NCBI GenBank assembly: GCA_965112155.1
Contig: OZ218103.1
Reading direction: 5' to 3' (one strand)
DNA from: Podarcis liolepis
Lineage: Eukaryota
Length of the DNA stretch: 64,000 bases
The notes under the pieces were generated by a model, which did no database searches, had not been told where the DNA came from, and worked only from the letters and a program-made list of their open reading frames with translations. The position numbers and the translations under genes were made by a program. How positions within the stretch are numbered: the first letter of the stretch is position 1; every line of letters begins with the position of its first letter. Of this stretch, positions 1 through 13,770 are shown in pieces.

Positions 1-898
1 TGTCTGACTAACATTCTCAGGAGAACAAAACAACTCCCACCTCCAGTTGTGACCAAAGGCAAATGTGGACCTTTCTATGATGCAACTGAAAAATGGATGC
101 TGTTCTAGAGAGACACATTTCCAAAACTAGGGCACTTTTAGACAAATTTTTATAGTGGAAAACAATAGCTGCTCTCAGGTTATAGGTTAGGGTGCTATAA
201 TGAACATAACTTTGAAATGCAACCTGGTGAGGATCTTTTCTTCTTTTTAAAAATGCCTCTTCCATGTTATAGACTGTTGTTAACACTAGGATCTAGAGTA
301 GGGAGAGGCAACCTGATGTCTTTTCCGTGGAAAAGCACCCTGGTCCACTCATGGAGCCATTCTCCTACGGATGCTTCACCTTCTGGTTGGTCACTGTAAG
401 AACAGGATGCTGGACTAGATGGGTCCTTGGCCTGATCCAGCAAGCTTTTCTTATGCTCTTAACACATGTAGCTTGAAGGAATGGGGCAAGCAGAGGATGG
501 GGCCTCTGGCCTGCATGTATGCAGAAGATTGAATCTTTCATTCACAGACAGCCTTCAGTTCTTCCCTTTGCGCATAAACACATGCAACTTCTCTGTATCT
601 CAGTGTTGTTAAGTGGTAGCAACAGCAACAAAAAATGCAGAAGCCTATCATGCATACATGCGCAGCAGCAGCAGCAGCAGCAATAGCAGCTCAAACATTA
701 TGGTCAACCCTTTCAATGGACCCATTCCCTACATCAGAAAGAGTAGGCTATCTGCCAATGCATCTGTCTTTACATTCTCTCCCCCATTGAAAGGGTTAAC
801 TTGGTGCATGCTTATATAATGCCAGCGCTCCCAAGAGACAAGCCTTCAGCTCACACTGCCCCATCATGCCTGTGTAGTCTGCCAGCTTGGTACAGTAC

Positions 899-913
899 CT
901 GAGGTTGGAAGAA
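899..913 (-). CDS. NFASC: NFASC alternative 15-nt microexon (VLPTS) preceding the PAT domain
   Basis: gctgcacactctgaag|TTCTTCCAACCTCAG|gtactg, phase 1-1. Equivalent to human ATPTA and chicken ATPTP. Has an AG-free upstream zone of about 118 nt and a TGC motif. Confidence 0.88.
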
Positions 914-2188
914 CTTCAGAGTGTGCAGCGCCAAACACAGGGAAGGGGAACATGAGGAAAGAAGGGAAAGAGAGAACACAGGAATATATAAAACCACAGC
1001 ACAAACATGGTACATAAACATGGCAGGCGGAGGCTGTAATAAAGAGAAGGTGTGTTAGTCCTCCATATCCCACGGCTACCCCCAGCCAATCTTTACCATA
1101 AATGACAATCCAAACCAACGCAGGGAGACACAGCTGATTTGGTTTCCTTCACTGTATCTTCATTTCTTGTTCCACAGTTTGTGGTTTTAAATTCAACCAA
1201 ATGGGTCTTTCGCATCCTGTCAACTTCCATTTGAGTCCCCTAAATGTCAGGACAAATTCTATTCTACTGCAACTTGGCTGCAAGCTCATTATCGATTCTT
1301 AGACACTTATGATGGATGAGACAATAGGCAATGCAAATAACCACAGGAATACTGTATTTCATTTGCACCCCCTGGCTCAAATAACGTCTGCGAGAAATGG
1401 AAGCTGTGGCTTGGATCTTTATTTCCATTTATAAATGCCTCCCCTGCATCGGTAGGAGAAAAGAAAATTGGCAAGGCTCCCTCTAGGCAACATGCTTTTG
1501 TGCAATTCCAAATGCTTAGCTGCGTATTGCAGAGTGTCTGATGGGCCTAAACGTTCTGCCTACGGAGACTGCTCAACATTCATTAATAATCTGAGTGGTA
1601 CACATCTCCGCTATTATTTGAAGATCCTGTAAAACCTCACTCATGAGATTCCACTGCGGGACAATTCCCTTGACCCACAAGATCACTACAGTATTTATGA
1701 AATCTTTGCTGAATTCCAGTTGTGTTGCCACATACACTGAGGCAGTCTTGCATTACCAACACCACATGCAGAAGTCAATGTAGTTTTGGGTTTCGCACAC
1801 TGCTTTGAATACTCACAAAACAACAATAATCACAGTATGAAGAATCTTCTGCATCTGGTGGCAGTCTGCACACTGTCACTTTAACACATGACAGCTATGA
1901 CAGCTATGGGTAGAGTTCAGCATGCAAATGAAAGAGGACCTTGGCTACTAGAATGCTACCAGGAGGGTGTTTTTCTTTTTCTTTTTTAAGCATAAAGCCA
2001 CAGTTCACCACCTCTGTTGTTCAAACTGTTCAGTAAGTTCCATTAAATGTTGCAGGGCCTACAGAGCTCTGACTCTCTTTGGCAAAGCAAGTATACTTGG
2101 GTATCTTGGAAAGATAAGCAAAGGTTTGGGAGAAAGAAAGAGTAGTTTTGAGTATATCAGATCTTTTCAGAATATCATTATTTTATAT

Positions 2189-2190
<2 letters not shown>

Positions 2191-2226
<36 letters not shown>
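2191..2226. repeat. (GT)n microsatellite
   Basis: Direct reading. Confidence 0.95.
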
Positions 2227-2228
<2 letters not shown>

Positions 2229-5200
2229 TTGTTGTTTTAAAGCAAAAGCCTGGGAGACACTGGACTCAATTACTGTGATGCAAACAGCATCAGCAATAGA
2301 GTAATTGCCTCAATTCAGACATAACAGTAATTCATGGTTTGTCATTATGAGAATTAGCCAAGTAGGCTTGCTTGTTCCTCCTTCCCCTTCCTTTCTCCAC
2401 TGAACACAAGGGGAGCAGATTTGAAGCTTTTACTTCAAATTTGTGCTAAACCATACGTTTTCATTTCATCTAAATGTGGCAAGCTATGGTTTATGGAACC
2501 CATAATTTACAATAAAACTAGGATCTCAAATGAGAATCTAGCTGTGGTTTGGTATCCCAATTTGATTGTAAACAATGGTTTGCATGCAACAGTTTGCCAC
2601 ATTCTGTTGAAATGACAAACCATGGTTTGCTGCAAATCAGAAGGAAAAAATTCTAATTCACAGCTCCCCAGATTTCTTCTACAGAAATTGTTACAAGAAA
2701 GCCTTTTTAGACTGCTGTGATTGCTCTTGGGCTAATTCAAATTACCAGCAACATAACAAATGCATAGCTGCTATACAACAAATCCAGGAAAAATGTGTCT
2801 AGAAATAAGATTCTGAACCGTTATTTAAATTCTCCACTCTTCCTCAAAGCAGCTTTGCAAATTCTAAGAAAAATCCAAATTTAGTGCAGGAAGCACCTTC
2901 AGAGTTCAAAAGTTGCAGTGCATTCACTAGCTATTGTCAACCAGAACATTATCCCCCCCCCCTTAATACAGTATGGGAAGAAATATCTGATAACATTATC
3001 AGCAAGTGCTATATATAACATACCCGGAACCTGCCCACATATAGAAATATGGGAAGCGATTCATTTTTAAAATGTGCATTCAGGGAAATACTTTTCCCAC
3101 ATATTGCCATTCAGGAGATAAAAAGCAAGGGCTCATTAAATAATGTGAGAGACTGAGCTGAATTTGGGGGTCTTTCTGGAAACGTTACAGAATGTTAAGA
3201 GTCAGCTTTGTTTTGCACTCACTTCCCAGAGGGCTACTGAACTTTCACTCAGCTTGACGGATATTTCACAAAGAGTATTTTATCCTATTACAAGTCTGCT
3301 AGTTGTGGCATTTTCCTACGGAGGGTCGTTTGTTGATTACAGCAGTGATGGGAAAGGCTGTGCATCTCTAGCTCATTTCTTGCAGTTTTCAGGAGGCTAT
3401 TGGATGCCTCTGTTTTATACGTTTCTCTATCAGTAAGAAGTATTTAAGCCTGATTAATAGTATATCAAGTTGCAGAGAAGTTCTTACGTTGTGCAAGCTG
3501 ATCGCCTTACAGAAAAATGAATTATTATTACGAAAGCTAACAAAGGATATACAATTTCTATTAAAAGTATTCACATTCTGTCTTCTTTCTTTCAAATGCA
3601 CATAACTGCTTAATTTTGTAACAAAGCACATTCCCATAACTCTCCAACAGTTGGGAGATTTTGTTGGTCTTCATTCCCTGGCATACACAACAGTAAAGGC
3701 TATTACCATGTAGGAAACCTTTTCCCTAGAAAGTACCATTTCCTTAGAAATAATTGTAGAACATATTGTAGATTATCCTCTAAAAACTTCTACATCACAG
3801 TCTTAATTGTACTCTAATATCTCATTGCAAAAATACTTGTCTTCTGGGCAGTGCAGTTCTGTCCTGGGGAGGCGGGGAACAGACTGCATGGCAGAGCAAC
3901 TGTTGTATCCACAGCCCTGTCAGAATCTGCCCAAAGTCACTCAATGAATTTTATTGCCAAGCCCTTATTGAAGTCAACAACTGGCAGCCTTGTCTAATAC
4001 CCCTAAGAACTTTTGCTAGCCTTAATAAAAAAAACTCTTTCTCTCTTTTTGCTTCTCTCAGAATGGATGGGTATTTTGATCAAGCAGCATCATTGGTTAA
4101 ACAAAATGGCCCCCTCACCGCATTTATTTTGTAAGCAGTGCAACAGGAGAGGTGGTGTCTTCTGGACAGAGGGTCATGAAGGGCAGAAAAATAACGGACT
4201 TACCCGAGGTAGCAAACAAAGCTCTTCCCAGCAGGCTGCTGGCAGCCATTTTCTTCTGCCAGAATCTATCTGGGAACGACAGTAGGTGATGACAAAGTGT
4301 CATTCCCACGAGACTTCTGGGATGAAAATGGCGACTGCTATACCAAAGTACTGCATTATCACGTAAGGTTGTTTTCATATGGGTTCTAGTAAAAGAAAAG
4401 GTGATCTTCCAACCAGAGACCACTGGAAATAATTCTATTCTACTGCTGTGAAACTGCCAAAGAAAAGGGAGTAAGCAAAGGGAGATGCCATGGTGCCAGG
4501 GGTGTGCCTACTAACCCCAAGTGGCCTGGGTGTTTCCTAAAAGGCTAGAAAAGGCCAGGAAGGAGATAAAACCTGCAAGGGGCTTTTAGGGGCAAGGAAC
4601 CTAGTTTGGGAGTGGGGTTAGTCTGGAACCTGGCTGGAAGCTAGGAGACACCGAATGTGGAGTGTTGGTGGTGTTGGAGTCATGGGGTTCTGTTCAAACC
4701 CTTTGCCCTCTTGAGTTGTTGTTTTAAGCTTGCATCAGTACAGCCTGCTTGCCCAAAAGCCAGTTCTTCTCTACTTGTTTAGTGCAAATTTGGTATACCC
4801 TAACCTGAAAAACATGTCAAGTTTCAAAAAAGGGAGAAAATTATACTTAATGGACCTGTGAGTGGGCAGATACATAGCGAGCCAATCAACACAACATACA
4901 AGAAGCTGGAAGCTAATGTCAGTAAAATAAAAACTTGAGAGCTGCTTAAAATCTGAAATTATTATGGCAAGCAAGGTGGTGGTGGTGAAAATGATTGCCT
5001 ATCAAGCAATTGTTTTCCTGATTTACAGTCTAGCTCTTATTGCATTGAAAGAATGGCAATCTATTACAAATAAGTACATTGAAAGGTAAAAATAAACCTC
5101 AAGTAAAGCAATCTACTTTGCAAAAGACCCAGCAGTGCCAAACACAAACAGTTACTGGCATGTTAGTCAACTTTGAAACCTGTTAATATTGGATAAAATC

Positions 5201-6245
5201 ATGTCGCAAACATATATTTGAGAATCAGAAAGTGAGAGAGAGAGATGTAGACAGAGCGAATGAATTACTATTATTGCCGTAAAAACTTGAATGGGTTAAA
5301 AAAATGATGATTAATTTTAAAATCTAAAAACTTAATTTATTATTTATTAAATTGGTATACCACTCCATACACACAGGTATTTAGATGAAAAATAACTAAA
5401 TTATAAATACTAAGTTTCTCATAATCATCTAGTTTGACATTAAGTAATGAGGCTACAGGCATGCTTGTCCACCCTTGAATTTATCAACTAGCCTGGTTGC
5501 TCTAGGTAACAAGGAATTCCATGCGAGTGGGATGGCCAATGGTGGAAGAACTACTGTACATCTCCTTTGCCAAACCCAAGGAGCCTATTGAGGTTCTCTC
5601 TCTCTCTTTTTTGCAAACTTATAGTTACAGTGGTGTGTTAACTCTACAGTCAATCTCTAACCGCATGTCTTCTACCCGATAAAGATGGCTTTTATATGTA
5701 AATGAAAAACCAAGCTGATCGTTTCTCACTAATGAAGATTTACACTCCACCTACCAAACATAGGCACTTTATCTTCACCAGATGAAAATAAACTGCTTTA
5801 GTCTGCCCAATAACAATGAGTCCTGCTTTGATCTATCAGCCATATGCACTTCATTTTTTTTTTGCTACTCCCCCCTCCCCGTGAGGGTGCGGCTGGGCAA
5901 GTGAAGCAGAAAGGAGCAATACTGGAAAGAAGAACTGAAGTCCACATTGTACAGGTGTGAAGGTTCCTACATTTCTATCCTTAGGATACAGCCATAAACA
6001 CATTTACTTGAAGAAATCCCCTTTGAAGTCAAGGCTACTTGCTTCTAAGTAAACATGCAGAATTGTGCTGTTAACCTTGCAAACTGTCATCTGCATAGTT
6101 TCAGAAAGAATCTATACGGAAATATTTTAAAGATATTCTTTCTATTGGTAAAAGAAAAGAAAAACATGCAAAATGCATATTGTTTGATTATGGGAGGCAA
6201 GGCCTGGTTGCAAAACTGAAACAATAGTATAATTAATGCTCTGTT

Positions 6246-6381
6246 TCAGACATAGGGAAGTTGTTGTTCTCCAAACATTGTTGGACTCCAGTTCCCATCA
6301 GCCCCAGCTAGTATGGCCAATGGTCAGGGATGATGGGAGCTGGAGTCTAACATCCAGAGGGCTACATTTCCCCTATTCCTG
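6246..6381. mobile_element. Older palindromic hAT-type MITE (related copies at about 14500-14610, 18054-18208, 21175-21311, 25771-25907, 42872-43005, 58255-58355, 60786-60931, 63316-63424 and 63929-64000)
   Basis: Shared core ccagatgttgttggact(a/c)caa(c/t)tcccatca...tgatgggagttgtagtccaacaacatctggag. Confidence 0.8.
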
Positions 6382-7852
6382 CTTTAACTAGTTGTAAATG
6401 AACATGGTCTACTGGTCAGATCTGCATCACACTTTAGGAAATATGAGACGAAATATAAATGGGAAACTTGATTCAATGACAGCCTTTTCCTTGCTTATTT
6501 AAATAATTTGAATCGCCTTGGTTTAAATCAGTCCACCCTGTCTAAAATTAGCAACTGTATGCCAAGAGTGATGCTTAGCCATTGGTACCTTCAAACAACC
6601 TGCTGGATAAAGATATCTTTTAGACCCAAATGATGCAACTAACTATTTTGAAAAACAATGCAGGATATATATGATACCCCTGAACTGCTTTTCTGCAACG
6701 CACTCATTATTTAAAAATAATACAGCTAAATCCATCATTCTTGAATATAAATACTGAATTTAACCCCAATAAAACACAATGGAAACGTTAATACATAGGA
6801 CAGCACTGCTATTTAAAAATGTGGCTGGGGTAAAAAGGAAACACATTCAAATCATTTGAATACATTTGATGAACAACAAAGGTTATTAAAAGCTCATTCT
6901 TCCAGTATTTGCACTGAAAAAAATACTTAATAGAAGCTTAAAGGAAAGCTGACTATAGAATAAAATTGAGAGGTTTTGCATAAAAGCTGCTTTGCAATTT
7001 CTGTTATCAGCTGTTCCTTTGAAACACACAATCCTTTTAAAACGTCTTTTATAGTAGGGAAATCTGTATTCTCACATAGCAGGAGAAATAATTTATGGTA
7101 AATCATTTCACAAAGGAGAAGCAGCGGGAAATGACGTGGAATCTTTTATCAATGTTATCTTGCACCTTTTGAAAAAAGAGAGTATGCCTACAGTACAGGG
7201 ACAGGCTAGGGACTGGGGAAAGAAATGAAGACTTGAAAATTTTCACATGAGGCAGAGATGCAAAGGACAGGCAGCATGAGGCACTTGTACTTATTTATTT
7301 CATAAAATTTATACTCGACTTGATTGTTAAAAACTCCAGGTGGTTGTACTTCCTGTCACCCCCAGCACCAATGTCACTCCAAAAGCTGTTGTGTGGACAT
7401 TTTAAATCATGTGACTAATGTCATGTAATGTCTTCTGAATCCAGTGGAAAGCCTACATTTCTCAGATCTTCCCCTGATGTGTGGTCAGGGGAAGCAACAG
7501 CTGGAGTGGAGCCAATGGGTGCTCTCCTACTCCAAACAATGTTAATCGCACAATTTAGAACTCCCACATAGAGCTACATGGAACTTCACAAGTAGTTTTG
7601 ATAAGGATTTTATATGGCAATGGGACATAATGATTAAGAGAGCTACTTTTGTGGGACGGGGAGGGGGCATATTTAAGAGGCTGCAAATGATTCTTGCTCA
7701 ATTTACAGCAGGCCAAGACCTCACACGTCAAAGGCTGGTTTTTATATAGGCATGTGTGGAGTCTGAAATACTCTTGAATGCGGCTCCTATGCCCAGCTTG
7801 GCAGGGCACACCTCTCTCACCCCAGTTACACTGGCATCATGTTCTCACTTAC

Positions 7853-8026
7853 CTTCATTCAGTGGAAGTGGTGACTCCCCCGTGGCAGGCTCACCTTCCC
7901 CAATCTGTGTCCTGCCACGCAGGTTGAATCTATAGCGTGATATGGGGTCCGTCCTCTGGAGTATAAACTTTGTCTGATTAGGAGAGAAGTTTTCCACCAC
8001 TGTTCTGCCACTTTTGGATCCATTAA
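7853..8026 (-). CDS. NFASC: NFASC FNIII-4 second half ([34 protein letters not shown]...PLNE)
   Basis: ctctccag acceptor, gtaagt donor, 174 nt. Read by hand. Confidence 0.96.
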
Positions 8027-8756
8027 CTGGAGAGAGAGGCAGGCTGTGTAGGCTTCAGTCTTGTTTTGAGAAACATGCTACGCTATGCATCTCACCACTT
8101 CTCAGTCTAGGATTACACCTGACAAAAGCACTGGCTTTGTTTAAAATGGGGCATGTTCATTTTAGAGGACTTTTAAGCAAAAACGGCTGGGGAATGTTAT
8201 GCATTCAAGAAGGAAGAACTTTAATTAAGCTAATTAAACTTTTAGCTCCCTTGTAGGCCAAAGATCATACACCATGTTAGTTTTGCAGGGGCTTTCAAGT
8301 CAGGGATTTGTTATGGTGGAGAGCTTTTGCACTAATTATTTGAGCAAAAATTACGTTGTTCATGCATTTTCCAACAGTTAGAGGCAGGAGATTTTAGGAA
8401 GTTAGATGCATGCTTGTTCAAATTCTATCAAGGGGTGGGAAGGAGGTACATTTTCAGGTGCCATTGGCCATATTCTTGGAAATATCTTCTTATGTACATA
8501 ACATTTAACTAAAGAATCAAAATGATCAGTAAGGAAATTTGTCACATGTGTCTGGAAATTAGCCTGTTAGTGATTCCTATGAAATCTTCCTGCACTAAGA
8601 TATGCAATTCAGCTCCCAAAGAAATTCTAAATCCTGAATTCCTGATTTCCCCTCCACTGATTTATTAGTATTGTTTTTTTTTCTAATTCCAGATAAATTA
8701 GATTCTAAATCCTGGTTAATAAAGAGACAACAAACAAAAACAAGCACAGGACATAC

Positions 8757-8879
8757 AGGCTTGGTATCTAAGGGTGTATCCAATAAGAATGCCATTGGGG
8801 TGTTCAGGGTGTTCCCATTCCATAGTGATGGTTTCCAGGTTTGGTTGGCGGATTCGGAAATACCTTGGGGGACTGGGTG
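8757..8879 (-). CDS. NFASC: NFASC FNIII-4 first half ([29 protein letters not shown]...RYQA)
   Basis: cctgaag acceptor, gtatgt donor, 123 nt. Confidence 0.97.
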
Positions 8880-10004
8880 CTTCAGGGAAAGATGGGTCCA
8901 AGAGAGAAAAGGGAAGAGGAAAAAGACGTATAAGGTAAGGTAACTTAGAAGGCAGACTGGTCAAGAGTATGCATATAGAAAAGTTTGAGTCTGGTGGCAT
9001 GGAGAACTTGGTAGGACTGTACAAGATGGTTTCAGTGCAACACAATCATGCCTGCATATCCATTAACAGGAACCTATCCTACTGTTTCATAGTTGTACAA
9101 ATTTAGTCGTTGGTGCACGTGTTGTGCTTCCTTCTGTGGGCTAAGCCACTCCTTTGAGCTTGTCTACTGCCAGATGCAGTTTTCATATAATTAAAAACTT
9201 ACAGCTCTTACCCTTGCCTGGAACTGTACAGATAACCTAATATGTATTTCATCATTCTATCTCTTTGGGATGGTGCCTTCTTGGCCCATTTGCTTTCATC
9301 ACAGCTAAAGTCCCTCACCATAACCAGCTCTGTTTCCTATGCTCAAAGCACACAAAGCTTATCTGAGCACAAATCACAACACTCAACTTTGAGCAACAGG
9401 AACCACATTTTATCCATGATGCTTCATGCAACCAAAGACAAGGCCATCTAAGTTCTATTGATGTTGATGTGAGAGTCGAGCAGTGGGGGCTCGCAGGCAG
9501 GGTATTGCAGTATGTAGGAAGAGGCTGCTGGAGAAAGACCCTCTCCTGCCATGCCCTTTACGGGCAGGTATATGGGTCAGAGAGTAAAAAAAGACAGCTT
9601 CACAAATGATGTCAAGAAAATTGCTTTTATAAAGGTAGTTTCCGTCCATGCTTCTTAAAAAGACTGCTTGGAAGGAAATTTACTTGATAAAGGAGATTTG
9701 CTCAAAATGCATTAGGAACTCAATCATTTGTGAAGCTGTTTCTTTGTGTGAGTGTTTGGTCTTTTCCTACAGATGCTTTTAATCCTCCTTTGCCTGCTGC
9801 CTGGATGAGATCCACATATGTGTGGAACTGCTGACTGACCCAATGGATGCAGGGCTCTCACCTCCCTGCATCACAATGAAATGGAATGGATTTTTTAAAT
9901 GCCTTTCCAATATACAGCTGGTCAGAGTTTTATGCTGAAACTTCCAGGGCTTACCAGTATAATTCTATGCATAGCAAAAGAGCATTTAGCAAGTAGGTAA
10001 GTAT

Positions 10005-10342
10005 GGGACACGGGTGGCGCTGTGGGTTAAACCACAGAGCCTAGGACTTGCCAATCGAAAGGTCGGCAGTTTGAATCCCCGCGACGGGGTGAGCTCCCGT
10101 TGCTCGGTCCCTGCTCCTGCCAACCTAGCAGTTTGAAAGCATGCCAAAGTGCAAGTAGATAAATAGGAAGGTAAATGGCATTTCCGTGTGCTGCTCTGGT
10201 TCGCCAGAAGCGGCTTAGTCATGCTGGCCACATGACCCGGAAGCTGTACGCCGGCTCTCTTGGCCAATAAAGCGAGATGAGCGCCGCAACCCCAGAGTCG
10301 GTCACAACTGGACCTAATGGCCAGGGGTCCCTTTACCATTTA
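10005..10342 (+). mobile_element. Sauria SINE
   Basis: tRNA-like head GGGACACGGGTGGCGCTGTGG (A box) and GTTTGAATCC (B box), typical Sauria body, and ...GGGGTCCCTTTACC tail. Confidence 0.92.
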
Positions 10343-11354
10343 AGTGCACTCAAGCAGTGGACCCAGTTCAAGCTTCTGTGTGATACATATAAATGCACAA
10401 TTTGCCTCACTAGCAAGGCACAAATCAGATTTCATTCAACCCAGTTACCAAAACCAGCAACAGCTGGGGGGGGGACGACCCCAGGATTTCATTTTCTAAA
10501 AATTACAACTGGAATGAATTCTTGGAAGAATCTTCAAGAACAAAGATATCTGTCTGGTGTGCAATTCTGTGGTTTTAAGTATCTCTAGAATCATAAAGGC
10601 GCTGGTGCTTATCAGTCAAAGCATGGTCCATTAGAGTGATATGAGATGGCAACTGTAAACATTAAAGAATCTTTCACTGCTAGTTATGAGAACTGATGAA
10701 AAGCTATTGATCTAGCTGTGAAAGCAAATACAGGCAGTACTCTCAATTCTACCATAAAATCTATCCTTGAGTATGTTAAGAATCAGATGGAATTTGTAGA
10801 GTTAGGTAGTAATTGCAACATAAAACCCTTCCATAGATCATACTGCCACGTGCGGCAATGGATTTCATGACTGTTCCAATTTTACAGAATAAAGCTAAGA
10901 GAGACTTGTCTGAGAATACTTAAGAGGACAAACAGTAGAGCTAGCAATAAAACCTGGTGTCAAAAGTCAGTGCATTATGCTCTGCCTAACTCACCGATTT
11001 TCAGTTAGTTTCTTTGTGCATTCATTTGTCTATCATAATCTATTATGTATTATGAGTCTGAAGCTGGTGAAAAACAACCCCATGAATCAGAACAGCCTCA
11101 GTCCTTAGGGCTTCACTGTGTTGACTTTTGCCTTGCTCCACACTGCAGGAGCACACAGTAATCTGGCAGCTGAAGCCAGCCTAACTATTCATTTCAAGTG
11201 GAAAATCCTTTTTGAAGTCTTTATCGGGACCGATGACACAGAACCTAAGGAGCTCTAAGGCTCTCAATAAGACCGTGTTCTGTTCTACCTTCTTATTTCA
11301 CACATAAAAGGATGGGATTCTGCCAAACTGGGCCAATATTATGCAGAGACCTAC

Positions 11355-11559
11355 CTCCTTCAGGCATTGTGAACTCCAGAGTTTCACTTCGAGGCCCATC
11401 TCCTCTCCCGTTGACTACAACCATCTCCAGTTTGTAGTTGCTGTAAGGAAACAGTCGGGACACTATGCCCCGTGTCCGGTCTCCAGTAAAACCCATAGAC
11501 TGCTTTTTCTTAGAGACCCATAGATTCTTCAGCAAACTACTTTCTCTCCAGAAGTAGGC
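11355..11559 (-). CDS. NFASC: NFASC alternative FNIII-3 second exon (AYFWRESSLLKNLWVSKK...NGRGDGPRSE...PEG), RGD-containing
   Basis: cttgaag acceptor, gtaggt donor, 205 nt. Confidence 0.97.
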
Positions 11560-11569
11560 CTTCAAGAAA

Positions 11570-11575
11570 CATGCA
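11570..11575 (-). promoter_or_regulatory. RBFOX element TGCATG inside the polypyrimidine tract of the FNIII-3 second exon
   Basis: ccttgcatgtttcttgaag|. A second TGCATG at 13807-13812 lies upstream of the partner exon. Confidence 0.6.
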
Positions 11576-13599
11576 AGGTGAGTGATGTTTTTCCCCTTTG
11601 AGTGTTAACTGGATTTCAAGGACAAAGTCACTATGGATCTTCTTCCACGCAAGGATTAGTTCGATCTCACCAGCCATTCCACAGGGGAGGAGGAAGTCAA
11701 TACTGTTTATTGCTCATTTTACAGATGGGGAGACTGAGACATGGAAGCTGACTCTTGGTCAAGACCATTTCGGCAGATTATGCAGTGGCTATCAAAGAAC
11801 TGCCCCCTCAGCAAAGACCAGGCTTCTAGGCTTCAAACAGCAGTCTTCCCTCATCTCTCACTGATTATTATTATTATTAGTAGTAGTAGTAGTAGAATGA
11901 AATTTTAACTTGTCAAGAATCACTCATGGCCATATATATATATATGGTTATATATATATAACCAGACTCCAGTACAGAGGCAGAAACAAAACAAAATATA
12001 TCCTATGAATGAAAATTCTCAGATCTGAGAAATGTGCAAATGCTTCAAATATATTTTATTATTTATTTTATTTATTAGATTTATATCCCGCCCCTTATCC
12101 AAAGATCCCAGGGAAGTGATATAAATCAATTTTGAAAGAAAGTATTTCGCTGCTGATTTGTTTGAGTTTTTGCTTGTTTTCTGTTTGGTAAGAAAACAGA
12201 AAACAGAGAGAGAGAGAAAAAACATGAACTTGAGGACAGAACATGTTTGGGCTTTCTGGAGACATTTTTTATTATCCCTGAGCACAATCCTTGAATTCTG
12301 ACTAGGCCGAAACAGAACTTTAGTGTATTGATTAATGACATGCTAAATACACACTGGGGATGACATAGAAGTCAGGGGAAACTGCTCTAGGAGCTGATTT
12401 TCTTAACCACATTAAAAACAGTTTGTTGGTTTTGTTTTGTAAGCAGAAAGACCTCATTAAGATAGCAGCTACTTGGAACTCTCTGTTTCTAACTGACTGA
12501 GCAATAACTGGATGTTCACAACTAGGGGTGCTTCCAGACAGGCTGTTCATTCAGAAAAATATATATGTTATCTCACACTTTCTAGTGCAATTACTCTGTT
12601 ACTTTTCTCACTGAAAAAGAAAAGTAATTGACAAGTGTTCTAGAAAGTATGGAGTAACAGCCGCTATCCGGCAACCTTGTAGAACCTCCATACAAACATA
12701 TCAGCATGAATGCTCAATGAACACCTGGTCTAGAAGTTCCCTAGAGATGTCTAGAATGTATAGTGTGTACTTTGGATATGGTTGGCTAGGAAGGTACCTG
12801 ATCTGTTGCCCTATGCATGATCAGAATGTTACACGGCTTCTAATGCTTACGGGAAGCACATTTTTGCTTTCCAAATGGTAGAAAAATATCTCTCAATAGC
12901 ACAACTTTAGAACATGAAATACAACAGGTTAAAAAAATGTGCCAGTCCATAAGAACGGAGAATCTAAATTGTAATAAACGCAGAAATCAAATTTATTTTT
13001 GCACATATGTATATGAGTCTTTGAAATGAAGACTTTTTTTGCTTTCAATTCAAGGCTAAGTACAAACTCATGATTTTGAATCAGGAAGAAGCCAATTAAC
13101 ATTCAAAAGATCAAAACAGGCTTTCTTCAAAATAGGGGACGAAGAATTGCTAAAATCGAACTTGATTGGATTCCATATTGAAAAAGAGCAATTAAAAAAA
13201 TGCTTTGTCTGTCTGGTCTCCCTTCTTCATTCCCCCAGCCCTACCCCCCCCCCAAAAACCCCCAACCCTTCAAAACAAATCACAGAATTATTTTCTTGGT
13301 GGATTCTTGGAGGAAACCACAATTGGCACACTAGTTTAAAACTGCTTAAATTTCAAGGAAAAGGCTGGTCTCCTTGCCTAAGCTCTTTGAAGTGGGTGGA
13401 GGGGATATATACAACTGGTAATAATATTTTGGTTTCTGTATCTCAGCAATGCCCTTACATATCTGTACTTTATCACCCGCCCACCAACACAACTGCAAAT
13501 GCTTATTGTCTGCATAATAATAGTTTTCAATGCCATTTAGCAATTTCTGGGTGTTTCATGTCATCTCCATTGTGTAAAAGACAATGTAACCATCAGTCA

Positions 13600-13630
13600 T
13601 CATTAGTGTTGGGTGTTAGCCACATTAATG
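13600..13630 (-). promoter_or_regulatory. QKI-response-element-like cluster downstream of the FNIII-3 first exon
   Basis: Transcript strand reads ATTAAT...GCTAAC...ACTAAT within 55 nt of the donor. Confidence 0.65.
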
Positions 13631-13654
13631 TGATTGGGTTTTGGTTTTGCTCAC

Positions 13655-13770
13655 TCTGTATTCCTTAAGTTGTCCCTGGACGGTTTCCGGGTACACTCTA
13701 CTCCATTGCAGGCTGATTGCTGTGCTGTTTACAACTTTGAGTCTAATATCAGTGGGAGCGGCCTTAGGAT
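13655..13770 (-). CDS. NFASC: NFASC alternative FNIII-3 first exon (YPKAAPTDIRLKVVNSTAISLQWSRVYPETVQGQLKEYR), NF155-type
   Basis: aacttag acceptor, gtgagc donor, 116 nt. With the next exon it totals 321 nt, a frame-neutral cassette. Confidence 0.96.

Noticed and set aside
613-700. VATAT/poly-Ser ORF as the PAT (mucin-like) exon
   Set aside because: Wrong strand and no splice sites; the PAT exon should lie beyond the window start.
4490-4790. G-rich segment resembling an LTR
   Set aside because: No TG..CA ends or TSD could be fixed.
10005-10090. tRNA gene
   Set aside because: The A and B boxes belong to the Sauria SINE head; there is no full cloverleaf.
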